From positions 29,879,313-29,943,312 of the forward strand of contig JAUZTB010000057.1 in NCBI GenBank assembly GCA_034780895.1: DNA of 64,000 bases, read 5' to 3'. Each line of letters opens with the position of its first letter. Position 1 is the first letter of the stretch. The notes beneath the pieces were generated by a model. The model did not search any database. It saw only the letters and a list, made by a program, of their open reading frames with translations, and was not told where the DNA came from. The stretch comes from Rhynchobatus australiae (Eukaryota). The position numbers and the translations under genes are program-made. Shown here one piece after another: positions 21,524 to 33,500 of this stretch.

Positions 21524-24500
21524 GTGAGGCCGGGCTCTGCGCGNNNNNNNNNNNNNNNNNNNNNNNNNNNNNNNNNNNNNNNNNNNNNNNNNNNNNNNNN
21601 NNNNNNNNNNNNNNNNNNNNNNNNNNNNNNNNNNNNNNNNNNNNNNNNNNNNNNNNNNNNNNNNNNNNNNNNNNNNNNNNNNNNNNNNNNNNNNNNNNNN
21701 NNNNNNNNNNNNNNNNNNNNNNNNNNNNNNNNNNNNNNNNNNNNNNNNNNNNNNNNNNNNNNNNNNNNNNNNNNNNNNNNNNNNNNNNNNNNNNNNNNNN
21801 NNNNNNNNNNNNNNNNNNNNNNNNNNNNNNNNNNNNNNNNNNNNNNNNNNNNNNNNNNNNNNNNNNNNNNNNNNNNNNNNNNNNNNNNNNNNNNNNNNNN
21901 NNNNNNNNNNNNNNNNNCCCCCACAAGGTGCCCCCAGGACTTCCCCTGTTGAATTCCATTGAACTGTTACCTTAAGAGTAGTCGCAACCTTGATTTAATG
22001 TCTTATCCTTTGCAAGTGCAAATTCTCTAGAGGGGCAGCTCCCTTCAGTACTTGATCATTCTCAGTTTCTGGATTGAGCCTTGAATCTGGAACCTTATTG
22101 AAATGTAACACCTCATTACAATCCCTTACAAACACTATACACAGTTGATGCTGGTGGATGCAGTCTATTTGTAGTGTTACTCTCTGAATAAGCACATGGA
22201 CCTCTAAGCTGGACCTCAGAGGAAGAATAACTGAGTTCCATTTAGTTTTATGAAGTTTTAAGTATTATTTCATTACAAATGCAATCTTTATTAGGAACTG
22301 TTAAACACTTTACAATTTGTCCAAATAAGATTTAATGCTGAGTTTGTTCTTTATTTACAATTGGACTTTGCTGTATTAATACAAATTTAATATATGAAAG
22401 TTGATATATAATATTTTAACAGCTCTCCCATGCTGCAAAGCCTACAGTATTTCTGCTATATACGGCAATATACTAGTTCCTTGTTATAGAATGTTTTGAA
22501 GAATACAGGTGATACTACTTTTGAATGAATACTGGTGATAATGATGGTGTTTAATTCTACAAATATTATTTGCATGAAAAGTTACTTGGTTACTGTTAAA
22601 GCTGATAATAGGAATCCTTGGTAGTTAAGTCAGTGGGGTAGTGCAGTGGTGATGGGGGGGGCCGGGTCTAAAATTTGTGGGATGTAGCAAAGAGATTCTT
22701 GAGAATAGGAATAAGAAGTACTTGTAGTGTTGGGCAGACTGGCAGAATTGGGGAATATCCTTAAGTAGGTGTTGGATTCGACTGTTTTAATTAGTTCTTT
22801 TAACATGCATAGTGTTTAATACACCTCAAGGGGCTGCACAAGGAATGGCTGCTTACTAGCTTATTGGTTCATCCATCAAGTGAATGTGTTTTTTTTTTCA
22901 TTGGTAGGTTTGGCCACAAGTATCTATTAGGTTTTCTGAATGGACTATTGTTAGCTAAGGAGTATCTNNNNNNNNNNNNNNNNNNNNNNNNNNNNNNNNN
23001 NNNNNNNNNNNNNNNNNNNNNNNNNNNNNNNNNNNNNNNNNNNNNNNNNNNNNNNNNNNNNNNNNNNGGCAAAGGTGAAGAAAGACAGAATTGTTTGTAA
23101 TTAGGTGAGATTTGTGGGGAGGAGAGGAAAGGCAGGGAAGCACGGCTTAAGAGATGTTCCCCACGAACCCATTCTCACTTTTAGTTTCTCCTACGATCTT
23201 CCAAGGGCAGGCTGCTAACAGTAGCAATAACATCAAAGTGTTTACCATGGGAAATCCACTGCAGTTTTCAAAGCTTCCCACTCTGAAGGTAAAATGGCAG
23301 CCAGGTAATGATAGCCAATAGTTGTCCTATTTAGTACTTGACTCTGCTCCTGCTTTCCATCAGTCTACTTCAGGATTTCCAGATCAACAGTGCTTCTGCC
23401 ATTTTACAAGAAGTCCTAAACCAGACAGCGGACATCTCTCTGGCCTTTGGAACTTCACCTTTCCACAACGACCAACAAGAGCCCATGTACTGGGAGGACA
23501 TGGACTCACATTGGTTACTGGCCTTCTAGATTTACTTGTGAACTTGGGCAGAAGTCCTCATTACTTCCATCAGCTGTGAACATGACTACAGACTAGTGCT
23601 GCTCAATAAAGCTGGCCAGGAACTGTGCATTGGTAATCCTATTTAGTCAGGCATAAGTACATAGCACTGCTCATCTGTCCCTTCTGTTTATTTCATCAAA
23701 TTTGCAGAACTAATGACCTAGGCCCAGTCATGCAGCTGGTAAAACAGCTGCCTCAGAGAGCTGAGTTCAATCCTGACCTAAGGTGCTGTCTGTGTGGAGT
23801 TTGCATGTCCTCCTTATGACTGTGTGGGTTTCCCCAGAGTGCTCCGATTTCCTCCAACGTCTCAAAGGAATGAGTGTTGGTAGGTTAATTGGCCACTGTG
23901 GACTGTCTCTAGTGTGAAGGGGAGTGTAGTGGTAGTGATAGATTCTTGGAAAGTTATTGGGAAGTAGGGGTGAATAAAATGGCTTTCATTGTAAATGTGT
24001 GCTTGATGATCAGCATGAAAGTGGAGGGCCTGTTTCCATGCTGTATTACTCTTTAGACTCTATAACACTGAAGTTCACCCTCAGACAGTCTGGGTAATGA
24101 GAAATGTCAGTCTTATCTTGATTCAGTGATGATTTTGTTAAGGATGTTGCTCACAGAGATCAGAGGGAGTCAGGCCACTTTGTCACAACACTCACCTGCC
24201 AGCAACATAAATGGGCATCCTTATGCAAACTCACCCTGATTCACTTTTGTAGCTCTTGTTTTCAGGACTGAATAGCAATAGAATAAATTAAACCCATACC
24301 ACTTGGCTGGAATCTGACAATGACTATACAGGTATCATTTTAGCAGATTCACTGTAGACTCGTCAATGTTTTGTGTGTGTGGTCACCTAGGGAACCTTGT
24401 TTATAGTGTGCACTAAATGCACCATGACCATATGAGTGACAGGCATACTGTGACAACTCTGCACATTACGTGCCGTGACAATGGGGTGCACTCTGTGCAC

Positions 24501-27500
24501 CACATGCATTGTGATCACTGCCAGCGCTGTGAACACCTGTTGCCTCTGCGCACAAAGGAGCTGACTTTGTCAATTAATATGGGCTCACCCATGGTATGTC
24601 AGAAGCAGCAGGGCCTCAATTTTGGGAGCCAAGAGTCAAATTAATTGCACCAGAACAGCAGCAGGGGAGATTTCCAGCTTTTATTGTGGATACAAACAAA
24701 GTATCTTAGACTCAAGTCAAACAACACATCAAATATTTATGCAGTTTTACCCATTCCCCAGCAAAAGGACAAGGCAAACATTAGTGATCATCGCAATTTA
24801 TGGCAAGGGTGCAAAATAGTCAACAATGGACAGGTTTCCCGCAGTACATCCAGCCTGCCTTTACTTCTCCTTGAACTTAGTGGAAAGCAACAATCAGATT
24901 GGGTGGATAATGGGGTGTCTGAGTGATATTCCTGATCAAAGTTACACTTAACACAAATACTGTCAGCACCCATGACTCCCAAGTAACCTCATCGTCCTGT
25001 GTCAATGCTGCAGTGAAAGACAGGGACAGTTCCTAGGAAGTATCAGATGATAATAAAGATGGTGAGAAAATTCCTTTTTCTTCCTGAGACCCTTCACAAA
25101 TGTAATCTTCTGTCTTTGTGAGAGAGGACATTTGAAGTTAAGTCCACTCTCACGAAGACAGGAGGCTGAATTCTAAAAGCAAAATACTGCAGATGCTGGA
25201 AATATGAAGTAAACAGCAAAGGTGAAAATACTCAGTAGGACAGGCAGTGTCTGGGGGGAGGGAAGCAGAGTTGGCATTTCAGGTCGATGACCTTGCCTCA
25301 GAATGTGGTCCAGGTTGTGACAGGATAGCTGTGTTTCAAAGGCATAACTCACTCCAAAAATGTGTGTGAATGCCATATTGGAAGCAATCTGGCACCTATC
25401 GAGCCATCAATAAATGGTGCTACAGATCTGAACTTTGCTTCATGGTCTTTTCAAGCACTGCTTTTTACTGCCTGTTTGCTTCCCCCGAATTATCATATTG
25501 AATCACTGGCATTAATTGATTCACAACAAGGTAGTGTTTGTTTAACATCAGTAGGGTACAAATTGCCAATTAATTCTGGAATCTGCACTGTTGCCTAACG
25601 TGCATTCATTGTGTTTCCAGAAGAGCTGCTATTTTTAAGAATTGGCCTACAGAGAATTTAAAATTTATAAAAATTTTATTTCCAGAGAGGTAACAGGCCC
25701 TTTCGGCCTAATAAGTCCGTGCCGCCCATTTTAAACCTATATTAACCTACCTGTACGTCTTTGGAATGTGGGAGGAAACCGGAGCACCCAGAGGAAACCC
25801 ACACAGACACACAGGGAGAACGTACAAACTCCTTACAGACAGTGGCCAGAAATGAACCTGGGTCGCTGGTGCTGTAATTGCATTACACTAATCGCTACAC
25901 TACGGTGCGGCAAGGCCACAGTCACAAAATAAGCATTCAGGACAGAGGTGAGAAGAGATTTCTTCACCCATAGGGTGGTGAATCTTTGAAATTTCTCTCC
26001 CCAAAGACAGTGTTGGATTCGACTGTTTTAATTAGCTTTTTAACATGTATAGTGTTTAAGACACCTCAGTGGCTGCATAGGTAATAGCCGCCTGCTAGCT
26101 TATTGGTTCGTCCATCAGGCGAATATGTGGTTTTTTCATTGGTTGGTTTGGCCACAAGTATCTAATAGGTTTCCTGATTGGACTATTGTTAGCTAGAGAG
26201 CATCTCTTATCTCAGGTATAAAAGGTGTCGTTTTTTGTTAATCTCTCTCTTGCTCTTCCTCTCCCCTGGCCTGAGCTCACCTTTTGTTCCCTTTGTCTCA
26301 GCTCACCAAAGCTAGTGCCATGTGCTCTGTGACTGTTCCTTTGTTTTAAACTTTCCAATAAAACTTTGTGAAGCACCAAGTTGTTTTCAACTCATTCCTG
26401 GACTCCTGAAAGAACCTGTGGATTCAAAAATAACTGGATCCAACATAGGGTGAATTGTTTGGTAGTGCTGGGATATTACACTTGAAGTGTGGTCTAATTG
26501 GGATGACTGCTGTGGGAATTGCTGAATATATTTAGGATGGATGTCATCAAAAGGTAAGGGAAGAGAATGGAATGTGGTTTTGAGATTGAGTGTGCTCCAC
26601 CATTCTAAGGTCAGAGTGGCTTACCCCAGTTTTTGTTTCTATGGGAGAATGTTGCTGGAATTGAGGTGGTGTTACTGCAACTGACAGAAATGGGAGCTTC
26701 CCCCTGGCAGGCTGATGAGATTGCTTATATAGTGTAAGGGGTGAAATGTAACTGATACTCAGTGAAGGGTCACAGTAGATCATGGTAGTGGTTTCCTGAC
26801 TGGTGAGCTATTCAGGCATTGATAGAAACTGAGATTTAAATTCAGTTTTCCAAAATTTGTTTTCTAAAGAAACTCTGGCCCCAAGTGATTGGCATTTTGC
26901 CCTAATGCAATCACTTGTTATGACAAACATACATTTATGGCTCCAATTTGTTCAGAGTATGTACTTTGAAATAGAAACCATGGAACTGTTACCTTAAGAG
27001 TGTAGTCACAACCTTCCTTTAGAAGTGCAAATTCCAGTTTGGGCCATGATGGATGAGTCATTCCTTGTGGACAGGGAGAGGGAAGAATTTCTAAAATAAT
27101 GACTGGAAAGTTTGTATTAATACAAACTTTCCATTTATTTTGAGGTTTCCTCCTTTGGAAACTGGAATGAACTGGTTTCTAGGTCAGGGTTGGTGGAGGA
27201 TGTTGATGGAAGGGAGGGAGTCGTAACATCCAATTAAGTGATCCTGAGACCACTTTTTTCTTTATCTGTAATTCTGAAGTCAAGTGAGTACCCTCATCAC
27301 TATCATTAGCCAACTGTAAAGCAGCTAAAATGGAATATGGGATCTTCTAGATTTTGTGACATAACACATGAATTTATGCACTTTTAATTAAACCTTTTAG
27401 AATCTGCAAATTCTTACTGTTTTGTGACTGTCACTGTTATACAGTTGATGAATTTTTTCTTTGGTTTGTTTTGTAGTTGTAACAGCAAAGCTGAGAAACC

Positions 27501-30500
27501 AAAGACTCCAAAGATTTACACTAAAACAGGAGACAAAGGTTTGTGATGAATAATTGTTTGGTTGCCAAATAAGGAATGACTTTAAGAGAATTCCTTAAAT
27601 TTGCTGCTTATCCAGCCTTGCATGAGAAAATGTACATGGGAGAGAACAATGTTCATTAATTCACTTTTATTTTGTTGATTTAAGCTTTAGTACCTAAATC
27701 CCACTTGGGCCCCAAATTTGCCACTTGCTGTTGTCTGCCAGTGCTACTTGAAGCAAGCCAGCAGGAAGCAATTGAGAGCAGTTGAGCCTTCTGATGAAAG
27801 TTCTTGGATTTGGGAGATGTTTAGAGTTCAGAATTGGTTTATTATTGTCACATGTATTGAGGTACAGTGTCTTGCATACCATTCATACAGATAAATTCAT
27901 TACACTGCATTGAGAGTACAAGGTAAAACAATACAATGCAGAATAAAGTGTCATAGCTACAGAGAGTGCAATGCAGGTAGACAATAGGTGCAAGTTCATA
28001 ACAAGCTAGATTGAGGTCAAGGGTCCATTTTATTGTAGTAGGGAACCATTCAATAGTCTTATAACAACAGGATAAAGCTGTCCTTGAGCCTGGTGGTACG
28101 TGCTTTCAGGCTTTTTGTATCTTCTGCTTGATGGGAGGGGGAAAAGAGAATGTCTGGAGTAGGTGGGGTCTTTGATTATGCTGGCTGCTTTACCGAGACA
28201 GCAAGAAATAGACAGTCCATGGAGGGGAGGCTGGGTTTTGTGATATGCTGAGATCTGTCCACAACTCCCTACTGTTCTTGAGGTCCCAGGTAGAGCAGTT
28301 GCCATACAAAGCCGTGATGCATCCAGATAGGATGGTGTCCTTGAACTATACCACCTTGCCCTGATGTGTGGTATTGTAATTGGACCAGACAGTTTGGTAA
28401 CATTTGATATTCTTCAGTGCTTGTTTTGTGTTTTCAATTTTGTTTTGAGCATACAAAGGATTTAAATTTATCCTGCACAGCAGTGGAAAATGAAGTATAG
28501 TGAAGCCTATTTGCCATTTGCACAACCTTTTTTGTTAGAAATGTACCCTAGAAAGTTTGGTGTGGTGGTACTTGTTTTTGGGTACTTATAATTTCTGTTT
28601 TGAAAGGGTTTTCCAGCACATTCACTGGGGAACGCAGGCAGAAGGATGATAATGTGTTTGATGCTTTGGGCAGTACAGATGAATTGACATCTTCCATCGG
28701 GTATGTAAAGTTTAACATTTTGGACCTTGCTTTTTATATACTACAGGCCTGCAAGTGTTGCACTTTGAAATTGCAGAGTAGGAAGGCTGGGTCACTAGAT
28801 TAACAAGACAAAGCAGTGTAACTGCTTGTAGTTCCTAAACAATGGGAGCTTGTTTGCTTGTTTGGGTGGGGGGGGGGAGAAAGAGGTGGGTGGTGAGGAT
28901 TGCTCTGGATTTTGCCTGTGTGGAAATTGCTAATTATAATGATATCAGATAAACCAATTGCTTGTCATGCCTCCATAGTTAAATCATCTGATACTACTTG
29001 AACATTAGCTGGTTGAGTATGGTTCTAGGCTTGGCCAGCAACCATGGATCAAAACACAAGCAGAAACTGAGAAAGGGGGAGAAAATGTGAGAAAGCTGTG
29101 GAGAAAGTTAAATGCAAAGTGGAAGAATACTGACTATTCTGCATCACCTAAAACCACCTTGTTCTACCACTGTTCTTGTATTCACCAATCTTGGTCCGCA
29201 TTGTTGGTAAACTTCATTCACTGCTGGACTCTTGTCTCTGATAGTTGAGATTCTTTAAAGCAAAAAGAACATGCTGCTTGTTGCAGTCATAGGAACACAC
29301 AAAACTCTGGGTTAGCAAATGGGTAAAGACTGCATATACAGTTTTAATTTTAATTATTTCAAGTTTTTCTACCTGTCAGTATAACTTTAAAAACCAGACA
29401 TTTTCACTTAACATCTTGTGTTTGTACACAACCCACACTACCACACTCCTGGAAACTGCGTAAAGACTTTCAAACTTGTAACTTCCATTCCTGGGGAAGA
29501 GTATTTGGGGTGGAGGGGGGGTAGACGGGGGATCTTGTAGGGAAGAGGAGGAATGTGGATGAGGCTGTTAATATTTGCAGTTGCTGTGAAATATCAGTGC
29601 TCATGAGCTGTTTTTTTTCTTTCAGGCTGGCAATGGAGTTCTGCTTGGAGCAAGGTCATGAGTTTGTAGAGGAACTTTATAAGGTATGATGAATTAAATG
29701 GCATAGGAGGCCTTTTTTCATTATTGGTGTTCATGCCTTTTGAAATTCTTATTTACTCCTCTCTGAGTACTGTGCACAATTGTACAATACCACACCTTTT
29801 TTTAATAGAAGTATATTGTCTTTTCAAGAGGACAGCATAGATTTGTCAGAGTCATCGAACTCTAGAGTTGAATTGAGGGACTGCATGACCAGTCTTGTAT
29901 TCGCTGGATTGAAGGCTTTGAAAGGGATAGATGGAAAAGGGTTTTCTGACTTCGGACAAATCTAACATGACCTTAAAATCAGAGCAAGTTCACTTGATGT
30001 TGGGAAACACTTGAAGTTTGAAGAGGTAGTGTACACTCACCTGAAAATGTAAGGCATTGGGTTAACTTTTAAATGAGATTTTTAGTGAAGGAATGAAGTG
30101 CAGGTGTGGATAGGTATGGACTCCTATCAGTGGAAATCATATTTCCTTGTTTGCTGCATCAGAGGTTCTTATAATTTTGGTCACAACTTTGCATAAACAG
30201 TTTTACTGCAGAACTTGAGTTAAGTATATTCACTGTGGTTTGGCTCTATTGGTCAAAAAGTTGCAGTGTTGACTTGGATTAGCAATTAAGAGCCAGACGT
30301 CCTTATTTCTTTATTGCTAATTAATGGGCCATGGCTGGAAAATGCATGTANNNNNNNNNNNNNNNNNNNNNNNNNNNNNNNNNNNNNNNNNNNNNNNNNN
30401 NNNNNNNNNNNNNNNNNNNNNNNNNNNNNNNNNNNNNNNNNNNNNNNNNNNNNNNNNNNNNNNNNNNNNNNNNNNNNNNNNNNNNNNNNNNNNNNNTACA

Positions 30501-33500
30501 TGTGCTTAAAATGTTACTTAGTACAGTAAAACTCTGGTCCAATTGTTTGAAAATCCTGATAGTTTAACATCTGGTTTGCTCATTAGTCTAATATGAGGTC
30601 TGGAGTTTGAGCAGAGTGAGCAGTGTCTGGGGGGGTGGGGTCTGGTGGGGGAATGAAGTGTGGTCTGCATGGTGGGGGTCTAAAACACTGGTAGGTTTGT
30701 GATTGGAGCTGGGGTCCAAAGTGCTTGTATGTTTCAGTTTGTTTTGACTGAAACTTACAAGCTGAAACTTGCCTGCTTCTATTTCCTCTGCCTTTAAACT
30801 CACCAGGCCTTTAAACTCTGCCTTTAAAGTCACTTTCCCACTACCTAAACTTGCTGGTTTCACTGAAACATTCATTACTGTATAACATAGAAAAAAATGA
30901 AGTAATAGTTCATTGGGATATTAATAGCAGTAACCTCTCATAATCTGGGAAAATTTCCAATTTGGCACCATTAACCAGATTATTGGAGTTTTACAGTGAG
31001 CTATATATTGGATTCTACAAACACCATAAATGTCTCTAAATCAAACATTTAATTCTTGTCATGTGAAGGCATTTCTGAAAATGTCACCAGGTGGGGAAGT
31101 GGTTGGTTTGGGCAATGGCAATGGACAGATGCCTGAAATTTAGGGAGTCAGAAAGACACAACTTCCATGTGGATGCAAGAAAAATAAAAGGACTCATTCA
31201 TTTTGTCAGATTCTTAATGGTCTGTATAGGGCAAAGTTTGAAATGGAGTTTGAGGGTGTCTTGAAAGAAAGGTAATATGAAAAGCATGCCCAACTCATGA
31301 AAGAAATCATGTTTTTAGCTTTTTTTGACTAAGGGAAATTAAGTGGTAGATGTATTTATAACTGGTATATTTGCTGATTGCATTTTTTTTTAAAGTGTCA
31401 AAGATTATGGGTTTTCAGTCCACCTACTGAAAGATGAAAGCAGCTAATTGAAAGATGACAATTCCAGTTTCATCTGAGCATGTGTGAATCATTGCATTCA
31501 GGATGTGGGGACAGTTTGAGACAAGCAGTGACACTTGAGAATAGACAAATCTGAAGTATAGATAGGATCTATGGGCATTTGGAGAATCAGTCTGATCAGG
31601 GACAGCCAAAGTGGCTTTGTGAAGGGCAGATCATGTCTCTCAAATCTTAGTGTTCTTTGAGGAGGTGACTAGACAGAGGGTAGTGCAGTAGATGTGGTCT
31701 ACGTGGATTTTAGTAAGGCATTGGACAAGGTTCCATGTGGTAGGCTTCAGAAGGTCAGAGGGCATGGGATTCAGGGAAGCTTGGCCCTGTGGATTCCAAT
31801 TGGCTTGCCTGTAGAAAGCAAAGGGTTGTGGTGGAGGGAGTGCATTCAGATTGGAGGGCTGTGACTAGTGGTGTCCCACAGTAATCAGTTCTGGGACCTC
31901 TACTTTTTGTGATATTTATTAACGACTTAGATGAGGGGGTGGAAGGCTGGGTTAGCAAGTTTACAGATGACACAAAGGTCGGTGGTGTTTTGGATAGTGT
32001 GGAGGGCTGTCGAAGCCTACAGAGGGATATTGGTAGGATGCAGAGCTGGGCTGATGAGTGGCAGATGGAGTTCAATGCAGAGAAGTGTGAGGTGGTACAC
32101 TTTGGAAGGATAAACTCCAAGGCGGAGTACAAGGTAAATGGCAGGATTCTGGGTAGTGTAGAGGAGCAGAGGGATCTGAGTGTTTATATTTGGGGGTAGC
32201 ACACTAGTGTAGTGGTTAGCGTGACGCTATTACAGTGTCAGTGATTGGGGTTCGATTCCTGTCACTGTCTGTAAGGAGATTGTACATTCTCTCATGTCTG
32301 CATGGGTTTCCTCTGGGTGCTCTGGTTTCCTCCTACATTCTAAAGATGTATGGGTAGGTTAATTATGTGGTTTAAAAAAAATGGGCAGCGTGGACTCGTT
32401 GGGCCAAAAGTTCCTGTTACCAGGCTGTAAATAAAACTCAAAAAATATAAATATCTACAGATCACTGAAAGTCGCCTCACAGCTAGATAGGATAGTTAAG
32501 AAAGCTTATGGGATGTTAGCTTTCATAAGTCGTGGGATCGAGGTTAAGAGCTGAAAAGTAATGATGAAGCTTTACAAAACTCTGGTTAGACCACACTTGG
32601 AGTAGTCTGTCCAGTTCTGGTCGCCTCATTATAGGAAAGATGTGGAGGCATTGGAAAGGGTGTAGAGGAGACTTACCAGCATGCTGCCTGGATTTGAGAA
32701 CAAGGATTATGCGGAGTGACTAAGGGAGATAGGGCTTCACTCATTGGAGAGAAGGAGGATAAGGGAAGACATGATAGAGGTATGCAAAATATTAAGAATA
32801 GATAGAGTGGACAGCCAGCTCCTCTTTCCCAGGGCACCAATAGTCAAAACAAGAGGACATGGCTTTAAGGTAATGGATGGGAAGTTCAAGGGAGATGTCA
32901 GAGGGAGGTTTTTCACCCAGNNNNNNNNNNNNNNNNNNNNNNNNNNNNNNNNNNNNNNNNNNNNNNNNNNNNNNNNNNNNNNNNNNNNNNNNNNNNNNNN
33001 NNNNNNNNNNNNNNNNNNNNCTTATTTACTCCACATAGGATTTCCTTCATTAGTTTCAAAGTTACTTGTGCTGGCTAAGTTATTGAAGTAGGGAGTAGTC
33101 TTTGATAATATAACCTCATTACTATTCAACTATTTCAGACCCTGCAAGCCACAAGATGGTGCTGGAGGTAATGAAACTAACCTCCATTGGCAAGAAGAAT
33201 AGTTTTTTGAATATAGTAGAACCAGAGTTGATCAAACTTGAGTATTGGTACCTCATTATGCTACCTTGGTGCAGACTTTGTAAGTAGGAATATGTATGTA
33301 TTTGAAAATTAAACAAATCTGAAGATGTTGGAAATCTGAAATAAAAATAAAATGCTGGAAATATTAGCAGGTCAGGCAGCTTCTCTGGTTGATGTTTCAG
33401 TTCTGGTGAAGGGCTGTTAACTTGAAATGTTAACTTCATTTCTCATTCCACAGAAGCTGCCTGACCTGAGTGTTTCTAGCATTTCCTATTTTTAAGTTTA

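Larger units (their letters stand above)
20700..21543. promoter_or_regulatory. CpG island / bidirectional MVK-MMAB promoter
   Basis: GC- and CpG-rich against an AT-rich background. CCAAT at 21112, 21144, 21230, 21257, 21300 and 21341; GC boxes near 21089 and 21356; first exons diverge on either side. Confidence 0.88.

Noticed and set aside
21276-21975. Long ORFs in the ORF track over the promoter and gap
   Set aside because: Their length comes from 374 N and GC-rich sequence; the real MMAB exon 1 is in a different frame (21420-21523).
31755-32199. Reverse transcriptase ORF as a functional or domesticated gene
   Set aside because: CR1 fragment with stops, frameshifts and a SINE insertion; the overlapping minus-strand ORF is its antisense shadow.
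32192-32265. tRNA-like sequence with A and B boxes
   Set aside because: It is a SINE head that continues into a V-domain and tail; no complete cloverleaf is evident.
33139-33167. AG/GT-flanked 29-nt segment (starts TLQ) as a candidate MMAB exon 5
   Set aside because: Length 29 gives the wrong phase (3n+1 is needed) and similarity to the expected peptide does not extend beyond three residues.
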